A DNA stretch of 32,000 nucleotides from Brevundimonas sp. G8 (lineage in GTDB: Bacteria > Pseudomonadota > Alphaproteobacteria > Caulobacterales > Caulobacteraceae): the NCBI RefSeq assembly GCF_902506205.1, contig NZ_LR732816.1, forward strand, positions 2,708,993-2,740,992, in the 5' to 3' direction. Both the position numbers and the translations under genes were made by a program. This document shows, piece after piece, positions 19,033 to 27,153 of this stretch. Under the pieces are notes generated by a model. The model saw nothing but the letters and a program-made list of their open reading frames with translations, ran no database searches and had not been told where the DNA came from. Numbering within the stretch: position 1 is the stretch's first letter; each line of letters starts with the position of its first letter.

Positions 19033-19518
19033 TTAGGCTTCCAGCAGGACGAGGGGTTCGCCGAACTCGACCGGTTGGGCGTCGCCGACCAGGATGTCCG
19101 CCACGACGCCGTCGCGCGGGGCCTGGATCGGGTTCATTGTCTTCATGGCCTCGACGATCAGCAGGGTCTGGCCCTTCTTGACCGTGTCGCCCTTTTTGAT
19201 GAAGGCGGGCGCTTCCGGCGAGGCCTGCAGATAGGCGGTGCCGACCATCGGCGACTTCACCTCTTCGCCGGCGCGGGCGACGATGGTCGCTGGATCGGAC
19301 GGCATGGAGGGCGGAGCGGCGGCGGCGGGCGCAGCAGCCGCGACCGGGGCGGCCGCATAGGCGACGGGGGCGGCGTTGACCGTGATCTCGCGTGCGACGC
19401 GGATGCGCAGATCGCCGCGCTCGACTTCGACTTCCGTCAGGTCGGTCTCGTTCAGGATGTCGGCCAGCTGGCGAACCAGGGCGGCGTCGATTTCGGCGTG
19501 TTTCTTGTCATCGGCCAT
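19033..19518 (-). CDS. accB: Acetyl-CoA carboxylase biotin carboxyl carrier protein
   Basis: An Ala/Pro-rich linker is followed by the biotinyl domain with EAMKTMN. The 161 aa gene sits in canonical accB-accC order. Confidence 0.95.
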   Translation of the reverse strand: MADDKKHAEIDAALVRQLADILNETDLTEVEVERGDLRIRVAREITVNAAPVAYAAAPVAAAAPAAAAPPSMPSDPATIVARAGEEVKSPMVGTAYLQASPEAPAFIKKGDTVKKGQTLLIVEAMKTMNPIQAPRDGVVADILVGDAQPVEFGEPLVLLEA

Positions 19519-19565
19519 TGGATTTGCGCCTTGTCTTTCGTGGTCTTGAGTAAACGGGACGGGCC

Positions 19566-20012
19566 TCAGCCGCGTTCCCGCACCTTGGTGAGAGCCGCCT
19601 GGACGGCCAGTTCATAGCCGACCGCGCCGAAGCCGGCGATGACGCCGGTCGCCGCGGAAGACACATAGGAGTGATGGCGAAACGCCTCGCGCGCCGCCGG
19701 ATTGGACAGATGCAGCTCGACCACGGGGATCGACAGCGTCTTCAGCGCATCGTGCAACGCCACTGACGTGTGCCCATAGGCGGCCGGATTGATGATCAGG
19801 GCGTCCACGCCTTCGCGCGCCTCTTGAATCCAGTCCACCAGCACGCCCTCGTGGTTGGTCTGGCGGAACACGATGGTCGCGCCCTCGGCCGCCTTGACGC
19901 AGCGCTGTTCGATGTCCGCCAAGGTGTCGCGGCCATAGATTTCCGGTTCCCGAACCCCAAGCAGGTTCAGGTTTGGACCGTTCAGCACATGAATGACGGG
20001 CGTGTCGGACAT
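19566..20012 (-). CDS. aroQ: Type II 3-dehydroquinate dehydratase
   Basis: [22 protein letters not shown]...[14 protein letters not shown]...[17 protein letters not shown] is the type II DHQase signature. ATG 20012 gives 148 aa. The order aroQ-accB-accC is classic. Confidence 0.93.
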   Translation of the reverse strand: MSDTPVIHVLNGPNLNLLGVREPEIYGRDTLADIEQRCVKAAEGATIVFRQTNHEGVLVDWIQEAREGVDALIINPAAYGHTSVALHDALKTLSIPVVELHLSNPAAREAFRHHSYVSSAATGVIAGFGAVGYELAVQAALTKVRERG

Positions 20013-20207
20013 GGGGCGAAGAAAATCGTTTCCGGGAATCGCACTGGCGAGATTCAGCACAAGAGGGGCCTTTTAGCCGACGCGGGGCCTGGGTCAAACG
20101 GTCGCCGCATCGAACCTTACGCAAGGTCAGTCATCGTGGATGGCGCAAATTTCGCATTCCTCGTCTCATTCGTCCCTGGTCGGGACAGGGCTGAAGGAGC
20201 GCGGAGG

Positions 20208-20303
20208 ATGCGCCAGGACGCCAAGATCGTGATCAGATCCGTCGTTGCGGCCTTCGCCGCCGTGGCCGTGGCGATCGGCGCCTTTCTGTTCGAGGCCGGC
20301 TGA
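20208..20303 (+). CDS. Possible 31-aa single-TM small protein
   Basis: ATG is preceded by AAGGAG at an 8-nt spacing. The hydrophobic core is VVAAFAAVAVAIGAFLF and the third codon positions are GC-rich like the real genes. No homology was recognised. Confidence 0.35.
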   Translation: MRQDAKIVIRSVVAAFAAVAVAIGAFLFEAG

Positions 20304-20379
20304 GGCCGTACGCCGTCTGGCGTCGCGTGGCGCCAGCCTCTATCTGAGGTCCGCCTCTTAGCGCCCGGAGACCAGACGC

Positions 20380-20580
20380 GTGCACCAGATCCATCTCAAC
20401 GGCGAACCCCGCCAGGTCCAGGCCGCCACCATTCTGGCTCTGGTCGAGGAACTGTCGCTGGACCCCCGCAAGGTCGCCGTCGAACGCAATCTTGAGATCG
20501 TCCCCAAGTCCCTGCACGCCGCCACCCCCGTGGCTCAGGGCGACCGCATCGAACTGGTTCAGTTCGTCGGCGGCGGCTGA
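20380..20580 (+). CDS. thiS: Sulfur carrier protein ThiS
   Basis: The 66 aa ubiquitin-like product ends in ...VQFVGGG (C-terminal GG), has a GTG start, and lies directly upstream of thiG. Confidence 0.9.
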   Translation: MHQIHLNGEPRQVQAATILALVEELSLDPRKVAVERNLEIVPKSLHAATPVAQGDRIELVQFVGGG

Positions 20581-20641
20581 TCGCGATCAAATCCCGCTAC
20601 GACGGCTTTCCCTGACGCCCTGGGGGGACTAGGTCAGCCCC

Positions 20642-21424
20642 ATGACCGATACAGCCTCCGAAACTTGGTCCGTCGCCGGCCGCACCTTCAACTCGCGCCT
20701 GATCGTCGGCACCGGCAAATACGTCGACTACGCCCAGAACGCAGCGGCGGCCGAGGCAGCGGGCGCCGAGATCGTCACCGTGGCCGTGCGCCGGGTGAAT
20801 CTGACCGATCCGAACCAGCCGATGCTGGTCGATTATGTGAAGCCGGATCGCTTCACCTTCCTGCCCAACACCGCCGGCTGTTTCACCGGCGAGGACGCGG
20901 TCCGCACCTTGCGCCTGGCGCGCGAGGCGGGCGGTTGGAGCCTGGTCAAGCTGGAGGTGCTGTCCAACACGGCCCACCTCTATCCCGACATGATCGAGAC
21001 GCTGCGGGCGCTGGACCTGCTGATCAAGGACGGGTTCGATGTCATGGTCTATTGCACCGACGACGTTGTGATGGCCAAGCGGCTGGAAGACGCCGGCGCC
21101 GCCGCCATCATGCCCGCCGCCGCCCCCATTGGCTCAGGCCTGGGCATCCAGAACCCCATCAACGTCCGCCTGATCGTCGAACAGGCCAAGGTGCCGGTCC
21201 TAGTCGACGCCGGCGTCGGCACGGCCTCGGACGCGACCCTGGCGATGGAGCTTGGCTGCGACGCCGTCCTGATGAACACCGCCATCGCCGGCGCCAAGGA
21301 CCCCATCCGCATGGCCCGCGCCATGAAACACGCCGTCATCGCCGGCCGCGACGCCTATCTGGCCGGGCGGATGCCGAAACGGATGTATGCCGACCCATCG
21401 TCGCCGCTGGCGGGACTGATCTGA
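20642..21424 (+). CDS. thiG: Thiazole synthase
   Basis: The 260 aa product carries [23 protein letters not shown]..., [14 protein letters not shown] and [13 protein letters not shown], the canonical ThiG TIM-barrel motifs. Confidence 0.96.
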   Translation: MTDTASETWSVAGRTFNSRLIVGTGKYVDYAQNAAAAEAAGAEIVTVAVRRVNLTDPNQPMLVDYVKPDRFTFLPNTAGCFTGEDAVRTLRLAREAGGWSLVKLEVLSNTAHLYPDMIETLRALDLLIKDGFDVMVYCTDDVVMAKRLEDAGAAAIMPAAAPIGSGLGIQNPINVRLIVEQAKVPVLVDAGVGTASDATLAMELGCDAVLMNTAIAGAKDPIRMARAMKHAVIAGRDAYLAGRMPKRMYADPSSPLAGLI

Positions 21425-21426
21425 CA

Positions 21427-21579
21427 ATCGTCTCCTCCCCACATCGTGGGGAGGGGGACCGCGAAGCGGTGGAGGGGCTCTCGAAGTCCCACAGGCGGCT
21501 GCGATGTGTCGCAGGGCCCCTCCGTCACGGCGCTGAAGAAGCGCCGCGCCACCTCCCCATGAAATGGGGAGGAGACGAT
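21427..21579. repeat. 153-bp nested-palindrome intergenic element (MITE/REP-like) with terminal inverted repeats
   Basis: Terminal inverted repeats are ATCGTCTCCTCCCCA...TGGGGAGGAGACGAT. Internal hairpins are CCTCCCCA-catcg-TGGGGAGG, ACCGC-gaa-GCGGT, GGAGGGGC...GCCCCTCC enclosing CTGCGA-tgtg-TCGCAG, GGCGC-tgaagaa-GCGCC and CCTCCCCA-tgaaa-TGGGGAGG. It starts 3 nt after the thiG stop. Confidence 0.65.
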
Positions 21580-22065
21580 GCTGAGCCATCACAATGCCGC
21601 TGGCCCATTCGCAGCGAATCCAATCGCTTGCCGAATTATGTCCCCCTTCTCCTGCCCACGGTGTCAAACCGCCGCATAATACACCCGTCCCGTCGCATGG
21701 AGGGCTCGCTTGGCCTGCGACCTTGCGGCGGCGGGAGCGGATGGAACGGGAGCGGGTCTGAAACGGCTCGCGCTGACATCGACTCATGGAGCGGTGTCGA
21801 AGGGTCGAGGGGGATACTCGATCGCACTCGGGACGGGGTTTCGCAGACCCCGCCGACCCGTCGCAGGCTTATGGGGTTAGGCGATAAGACCGCCACCGCT
21901 CGACGCCCCGAGCTTGCAGGCCAACCAACCGCGCGGAGCGTCATACCCTTCGTCGAAACGGTACTTACAAACTCACACTCCGGGCGAAGGCCCGGCGCTC
22001 CGCCCAGCCCTCCATAAACTTCGCAGCGAAAGCGCGAGGCTGATCACCCCTGTCCGGAGACCCGC

Positions 22066-22365
22066 ATGGCCCACCCCAAACCCCGTCGTCCAAAGCCTGG
22101 TCGCGGCTTGCCGCCACCCCACAAGCCGACCCCCGAAGAGGAGGCCGAGATTGAGCGACTCATCGCGGAAATCGAAATCGAACACATCCGGCTGGACGCC
22201 ATCCTGATCGAGAAGCAGGCCGAGGCCGCAGAACGCGCGCGCATCAAGGCCTTGATGCGCAAGGCCGAGGCGCAGGACGCAAGCGACCTTGCCGACAGCC
22301 CTCCAGACGAACAACCCGCCGTCGCGGTCGAAGCGCCGAGACTCGTCAGAGACCTCTGGTTCTAA
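22066..22365 (+). CDS. Hypothetical 99-aa protein (Pro/Lys/Arg-rich N-terminus, Glu/Ala-rich predicted helix)
   Basis: ATG is preceded by GGAGA at a 6-nt spacing. The sequence is coherent (EEEAEIERLIAEIEIEHIRLDAILIEKQAEAAERARIKALMRKAEAQ). No family was recognised, and more A/T-ending codons are used than in neighbouring genes. Confidence 0.5.
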   Translation: MAHPKPRRPKPGRGLPPPHKPTPEEEAEIERLIAEIEIEHIRLDAILIEKQAEAAERARIKALMRKAEAQDASDLADSPPDEQPAVAVEAPRLVRDLWF

Positions 22366-23009
22366 TCGTCCAGCAAGGCTTGCAGCAGCGGATGAGCCAG
22401 GACCGGTGCCGCGAGACGCACCACGGCCTGGGGGTCTTCCAAGCGCACGGCGGCCGTGGCGTCGGCGACGATGAAGTCGGCGTGGGTGCGTGACGGTTCG
22501 GTCAGGCGCTCGTGGCCCGGCCGCACGGTGGCCAGATATTGCGCCACGACCGAATCCGCCGATCGGCCCCGCTCGGTCTGGTCGCGCAGCAGGCGGCGGA
22601 TGAAGCGGATGTCGGACGGGGTGTCCACGAAGACCCGGATGTCGAACAGGGCGGTCAGGTCGGGGGTGCAGAGCACGTGGGTGCCCTCGACGATCACCAC
22701 CTCGGCCGCCGCGATCGGTTCGCCGCCCGGTTCGCGCCCATGGTGGATGAAGGAATAGACCGGGGCCGTCACCGCGCGCCCGGCCTTCAGTTCCTTCAGG
22801 TCCGCGATCATCAGGTCGTGATCGCGCGCCGCCACATCGTCGAAGTCGAAGGTCGCCGCGTCGAAGCCGGGGAGGGAGGCGGCGTCGCGATAATAAGAGT
22901 CCTCGCGCACCAGCACCGCCGACCCCTGGGGCAGGGCCGAAACCAACGCCTCCGCCAGGGTGCTCTTGCCGGAGCCGGAGCCCCCCGTGATCGCGATCAA
23001 TATGGTCAT
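22362..23009 (-). CDS. udk: Uridine kinase (PRK/uridine kinase family P-loop kinase)
   Basis: The N-terminal P-loop reads MTILIAITGGSGSGKSTLA. The 215 aa size and the FDxPDAxDxxL-like region (FDFDDVAARDHDLMIADL) fit the family. Confidence 0.8.
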   Translation of the reverse strand: MTILIAITGGSGSGKSTLAEALVSALPQGSAVLVREDSYYRDAASLPGFDAATFDFDDVAARDHDLMIADLKELKAGRAVTAPVYSFIHHGREPGGEPIAAAEVVIVEGTHVLCTPDLTALFDIRVFVDTPSDIRFIRRLLRDQTERGRSADSVVAQYLATVRPGHERLTEPSRTHADFIVADATAAVRLEDPQAVVRLAAPVLAHPLLQALLDD

Positions 23010-23177
23010 GGGCGGTCTTCTAGTGCGGTCGTGCAGCCGGCGCCACGGGGGACGATCTGTCGCGCCCTGGCCGATCCCCGACTTGACGTTAGGTCACGTT
23101 GCTTATCGCCGATCACCAATGTTAGCGTCCGTTCAAGCGTCGGATCAATCAGACGCAACCAAGGAACAGGAAACGAC

Positions 23178-24806
23178 ATGCTGGGCTTGATGCAGGACTG
23201 GCCGCTGACGGTCGACAAGATCATCGACCACGCCAAACACTGGCACGGCGACCGCGAGGTGGTGACCCGCTCTGTCGAGGGGCCCATCGTCCGCACGACC
23301 TATGGCCAGATCCACGAGCGCGCCAAACGCGTGTCCAGCGCCCTGAAGGCCTGGGGCGTCAAGCCGGGCGACCGCGTCGCCACCCTGGCATGGAACACGG
23401 CCAACCATATCGAGGCTTGGTACGGCATCATGGGCATCGGCGGGGTATGCCACACCCTGAACCCGCGCCTGTTCCCGGAACAACTGATCTACATCATCAA
23501 CCACGCCGAAGACCGGATCATCTTCGTCGACCTGACCTTCGTGCCGCTGCTGGAAGCCATCCTGCCGCACATCCCCAAGGTCGAGCGCGTCATCATCATG
23601 ACCGACGCCGCCCACATGCCGCAGACCAAACTGCCCAAGGCCGAGGCCTATGAGGACGCCATCGCGGGCCAGTCAGCGGACGTCGTCTGGGGCGACTTCG
23701 AGGAAAACACCGCCGGCGGCCTCTGCTACACCTCAGGCACGACGGGTAATCCCAAGGGGGTGCTGTATTCGCACCGCTCCAACTTCCTGCACACCTTCAT
23801 GGCGATGCAGTCCACCGTGGTCGGGGCCAAGACGACCGAGGTCATCCTGCCGGTCGTGCCGATGTTCCACGCCAACGCCTGGGGCATCGCCTTCGTCGGG
23901 CCAGCCTCGGGCGCGAAACTGGTGATGCCGGGCGCCAAGATGGACGGCGCCTCGATCTACGAGCTGCTGGAAAGCGAAAAGGTTACCTTCTCGGCCGCCG
24001 TGCCGACGGTCTGGCAAGGCCTGCTGGCCCATATGCGCGAGCATGATCTGAAGCTGTCAACCGTGACCCGCGTGCTGATCGGCGGTTCGGCCGTGCCCGA
24101 AAGCCTGATCCGCGCCTTCCACGACGACTTCGGCATCGAGGTGCTGCAGGGCTGGGGCATGACCGAGACGTCGCCGATCGGCACCCTGTCCAACATGACG
24201 CCGGAACTGGCCCAACTGCCGTTCGAGGAACAACTGGCCTATCGCACCAAACAGGGCACGCCCCCGTTGGGCGTTGAGTTGAAACTGAAGGACGACGCCG
24301 GCCAGACCCTGGCGCACGACGGCGCCGCCGTCGGCCACCTGATGGTCAAGGGCCCCACCGTTGCGGCCGCCTATTTCCGGGAAGAGCGCTCCATCATCGA
24401 TGGCGAAGGCTTCTTCGACACCGGGGACGTGGCCACGGTCGACGACCGGGGCTTCATGCAGATCACCGACAGGTCCAAGGACGTGATCAAGTCGGGCGGC
24501 GAGTGGATCAGCTCCATCGAGATCGAGAACATCGCCGTCGGCCATCCCAAGGTCGAACTGGCCGCCGTCATTGGCGCCGCCCACCCCAAATGGGACGAGC
24601 GGCCGGTGCTGCTGCTCAAGCTGAGAGACGGCGAGGCCCTGGACAAGCAGGAACATCTCGACTTCCTGACCGGCAAGATCGCCAAATGGTGGATGCCCGA
24701 CGACGTGGTCGCTGTGGACGACATCCCGCTGGGCGCCACGGGCAAGATCGACAAGAAGCTTCTGCGCGAGCGGATGAAGGACTACCGTCTGCCCACCGCA
24801 GCCTGA
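23178..24806 (+). CDS. Long-chain/medium-chain fatty-acid--CoA ligase (AMP-binding, ANL superfamily)
   Basis: The product starts MLGLMQDWPLTVDKIIDHA.... It has the AMP-binding motif YTSGTTGNPKGV, GWGMTETSP and the TGDVATVDDRGFMQITDRSKDVIKSGGEWISS hinge. The ATG at 23178 is preceded by AGGA. The tracked ORF from 22512 is an artefactual extension antisense to udk. Confidence 0.92.
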   Translation: MLGLMQDWPLTVDKIIDHAKHWHGDREVVTRSVEGPIVRTTYGQIHERAKRVSSALKAWGVKPGDRVATLAWNTANHIEAWYGIMGIGGVCHTLNPRLFPEQLIYIINHAEDRIIFVDLTFVPLLEAILPHIPKVERVIIMTDAAHMPQTKLPKAEAYEDAIAGQSADVVWGDFEENTAGGLCYTSGTTGNPKGVLYSHRSNFLHTFMAMQSTVVGAKTTEVILPVVPMFHANAWGIAFVGPASGAKLVMPGAKMDGASIYELLESEKVTFSAAVPTVWQGLLAHMREHDLKLSTVTRVLIGGSAVPESLIRAFHDDFGIEVLQGWGMTETSPIGTLSNMTPELAQLPFEEQLAYRTKQGTPPLGVELKLKDDAGQTLAHDGAAVGHLMVKGPTVAAAYFREERSIIDGEGFFDTGDVATVDDRGFMQITDRSKDVIKSGGEWISSIEIENIAVGHPKVELAAVIGAAHPKWDERPVLLLKLRDGEALDKQEHLDFLTGKIAKWWMPDDVVAVDDIPLGATGKIDKKLLRERMKDYRLPTAA

Positions 24807-24823
24807 ACCGAACCGGAGCCTGA

Positions 24824-25495
24824 ATGCCGATCAGAAAGCCCGTCCCCGCCGTATTGCCGTGGCTGACGGCGCTCGCGGCGGCGCCGGCGGTGCTGATCGT
24901 GGCGGCCATCGCGGCGACGCGATTCGGCGGCGTCGATCTGTCGGTCAGCTACGACCTGCTGACCTGGACGGTGGCGCGTATCCTGGCCTGGGTCGGTCTG
25001 GCGGGCGCGCTGGCGGCGGCGGTGCTGGCGCTGCGCGATCTGAAGGGCAGGGGGCTTTATGCGCTGGCGGCCCTGGTCCTGGCCGGCGCGACGGTGGCCG
25101 GCTTCGTCTGGCGTCAGAGCCAGGACGCCGCGCCGAACCCGCGTGACGTGACCACCAATGTCGCCGAGCCGCCGGCCTTCTCGCGCGTCGCGGCCCTGCA
25201 TGCCGGATCGACGGCCGAGACCTGTCCCGACCTGGGCGCCGTCCCGACCCAGGTCCTGGCCCAGCAGGCGACCTCGGCCCTGGTCGACGCCGGCTTCGTC
25301 GTCACCCGCGCCACCACCTTCCAGGTCGAGGCCGTGCATGAGGGCGCCTGGTTCGGCTTCGTCAGCGATGCCGTGGTCCGCATCCGACCCGGCCGCACCG
25401 ACATCCGCGTCGCCGCCCGCGACGGACGCCCCGACGGCGGCGCGACCTGCCGTCTCGCCGCAAAGATCGCCCAAAACCTGGAGGCCGAACGCTAG
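24824..25495 (+). CDS. DUF1499 domain-containing membrane protein
   Basis: N-terminal TM helices are followed by a C-terminal region (FGFVSDAVVRIRPGRTDIRVAARDGRPDGGATCRL) that resembles the DUF1499 pattern as I remember it. Confidence 0.6.
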   Translation: MPIRKPVPAVLPWLTALAAAPAVLIVAAIAATRFGGVDLSVSYDLLTWTVARILAWVGLAGALAAAVLALRDLKGRGLYALAALVLAGATVAGFVWRQSQDAAPNPRDVTTNVAEPPAFSRVAALHAGSTAETCPDLGAVPTQVLAQQATSALVDAGFVVTRATTFQVEAVHEGAWFGFVSDAVVRIRPGRTDIRVAARDGRPDGGATCRLAAKIAQNLEAER

Positions 25496-26394
25496 ACCAG
25501 CCGGAAACGAGCCGTCAGGTCCGGCTCGATATCGCTTAGGGCCGTCCCGTTCTCGACCAGCTTGATCAGATGGGCCAGCACCGACAGCGACGCCGCCGGC
25601 CACAGCCGCTGATCGACGGCGGCGTACATAACCGGCACCATCTCGGCGACCGTCCGATCCCCCGCCGCCAGCCTGTGAACGATCTGCGCTTCCCGCTCCA
25701 TTCGGTGGGCGCGATACGCCTCCAGAAACGGCCGCACTTGCGTCACCGGCGCCCCGTGCGTCGGCCACAGCATGTCGAAATCCCGCGCAATCACCGCGTC
25801 CAGACTGGCCAGATACTGGCGCATATTCCCATCGGGCGGCGCCACGACCGTCGTCGACCAGCCCATGACGTGATCCCCGCAGAACAGGGCGTTCTCCTCG
25901 CGCAGGACGAAGGCCATGTGATTTGACGCATGACCCGGCGTGAACATCGCTTCGATCGTCCAGCCGTCGCCCTGGATCAATTCGCAGCCCGTCAGCACGA
26001 CATCGGGCGCGAACTCCGCATCCTCATCCTCGTCCAGGGCGTCCGACGCATGGGTCTCTCGCATCGGAGGCTGGGCCGCCAAAATCTTTGCCCCAGTCGC
26101 CTGCGCAAACGACCTCGCCAGCGGCGCATGATCCCGATGCGTATGCGTCACCAGCACATGGCTGACCCGCCGCCCCTCGACCGCCGCCATCAGCGCCGCC
26201 AGGTGCGCCTGATCCAGCGGCCCCGGATCGATCACCGCCACCTCGGCCTCAGCGTCAGGCCGCCCGACGATATAGGTCCCCGTCCCGGTGAAGGTGAACG
26301 GCCCCGGATTGTCGGCGATCACGCGCTGGATCAACGGAGACACCTGATCGCGCCGCCCATAGGCGAAGTCGAACGCCCGAACGAAAGGGATCAT
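25492..26394 (-). CDS. MBL-fold metallo-hydrolase
   Basis: The HxHxDH motif appears as VLVTHTHRDHAP, with downstream His/Asp ligands (TPGHASNHM, CGDHV) and a C-terminal winged-helix-like extension. The product is 300 aa. Confidence 0.88.
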   Translation of the reverse strand: MIPFVRAFDFAYGRRDQVSPLIQRVIADNPGPFTFTGTGTYIVGRPDAEAEVAVIDPGPLDQAHLAALMAAVEGRRVSHVLVTHTHRDHAPLARSFAQATGAKILAAQPPMRETHASDALDEDEDAEFAPDVVLTGCELIQGDGWTIEAMFTPGHASNHMAFVLREENALFCGDHVMGWSTTVVAPPDGNMRQYLASLDAVIARDFDMLWPTHGAPVTQVRPFLEAYRAHRMEREAQIVHRLAAGDRTVAEMVPVMYAAVDQRLWPAASLSVLAHLIKLVENGTALSDIEPDLTARFRLV

Positions 26395-26460
26395 CGCCAG
26401 GGCTCCATCTGGCGCAGAGCTTGCGTTAACGCGTCGGTAATCATGCTTGGAGCGCCCGCC

Positions 26461-26607
26461 ATGGCCCGTTCGATCGCCTACGCTGTATCAAATCGGCTCC
26501 CGCTCGTCGCGACCGCCTTCCTCTGTCTCGTCGCGGTGCAACTGATCGCCGCCTCCTGCACCCCAGAACCCGCGCCCTATGCGGCGCGAGCGACGATCCA
26601 GCGCTGA
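26461..26607 (+). CDS. Possible 48-aa small exported/lipoprotein-like ORF
   Basis: ATG is preceded by GGAG at an 8-nt spacing. It has a signal-like N-terminus ending ...VQLIAAS-C, but the lipobox is non-canonical. No homology was recognised. Confidence 0.25.
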   Translation: MARSIAYAVSNRLPLVATAFLCLVAVQLIAASCTPEPAPYAARATIQR

Positions 26608-26613
26608 TCGGCG

Positions 26614-27153
26614 CTATTCCCGACGGACGCGGAAGGGCGGGTCGTTCGCCACCTTCATCATATAACTTCCCAGCGCCGCCCGGCGCACCGTCACCGGATA
26701 CTGACGGCTGGCTGAGAACAGCACTTCCACGCCATCCGTCTTTCGCCACACAGATCCGTCGTCCAGCGTGATCGACCACTCGCCCCTGCCCAGGTTTCTC
26801 GCCGATGTCATAGTCGCGGAGATGGATTGCAGGTTTTCTGCCCGACCCGAATTCTCGAAAGGGTTCAGCGCCGACACGTTGAAACCGAACAACCGCCGCT
26901 GATTCTGCTCCACATCCTGGCGACTGACGACAGCAACCTCTCCAGCGGCGGCCAATCGGGTGGCGGCGGCGTCGAAGCACGCCAATCGTGCAACATCGGC
27001 CTCAATCGCACGGCAGCGAGTGACCGTGCCGATAAGGTCGTTTCCGGCAGGCGCGTTATTTTGTCGCGCTTCAGCATGGCTAGCGATCAAACTCGTCGCC
27101 ATTGCCGCCATAACCGCGATTTTTGATCCGGTTTCCCGTCTAATATGGGTCAT
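26614..27153 (-). CDS. Hypothetical exported protein
   Basis: It has a signal peptide (KIAVMAAMATSLIASHAEA-R), an N-terminal motif CRAIEADVARLACFD and a beta-rich C-terminal domain. GC content is lower than in neighbouring genes. It is divergent from the TonB-dependent receptor. Confidence 0.6.
   Translation of the reverse strand: MTHIRRETGSKIAVMAAMATSLIASHAEARQNNAPAGNDLIGTVTRCRAIEADVARLACFDAAATRLAAAGEVAVVSRQDVEQNQRRLFGFNVSALNPFENSGRAENLQSISATMTSARNLGRGEWSITLDDGSVWRKTDGVEVLFSASRQYPVTVRRAALGSYMMKVANDPPFRVRRE

Noticed and set aside
20061-20379. Expected TPP (THI-box) riboswitch upstream of thiS-thiG.
   Set aside because: I could not find the CUGAGA and ACCUGAUCUGGAUAAUGCCAGCG-like core elements on either strand. 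Only generic GC hairpins are present, such as CTGGCG...CGCCAG at about 20334-20353. An Infernal scan would be decisive.
21698-22017. In-frame ATG-initiated 106-codon segment (MEGSLGLRPCGGGSGWNGSG...) within the long shadow ORF 20665-22017.
   Set aside because: It has Gly/Ser/Arg-rich low complexity, many rare codons (ata, tta, gta, aca, tca), no ribosome-binding site and no recognisable domain. I kept the region as unassigned sequence rather than calling a CDS.
22512-23177. N-terminal 222-codon extension of the acyl-CoA ligase ORF.
   Set aside because: The extension is antisense to the well-supported udk gene and has a junk-like composition. The conserved ligase N-terminus starts at ATG 23178, which has its own ribosome-binding site.
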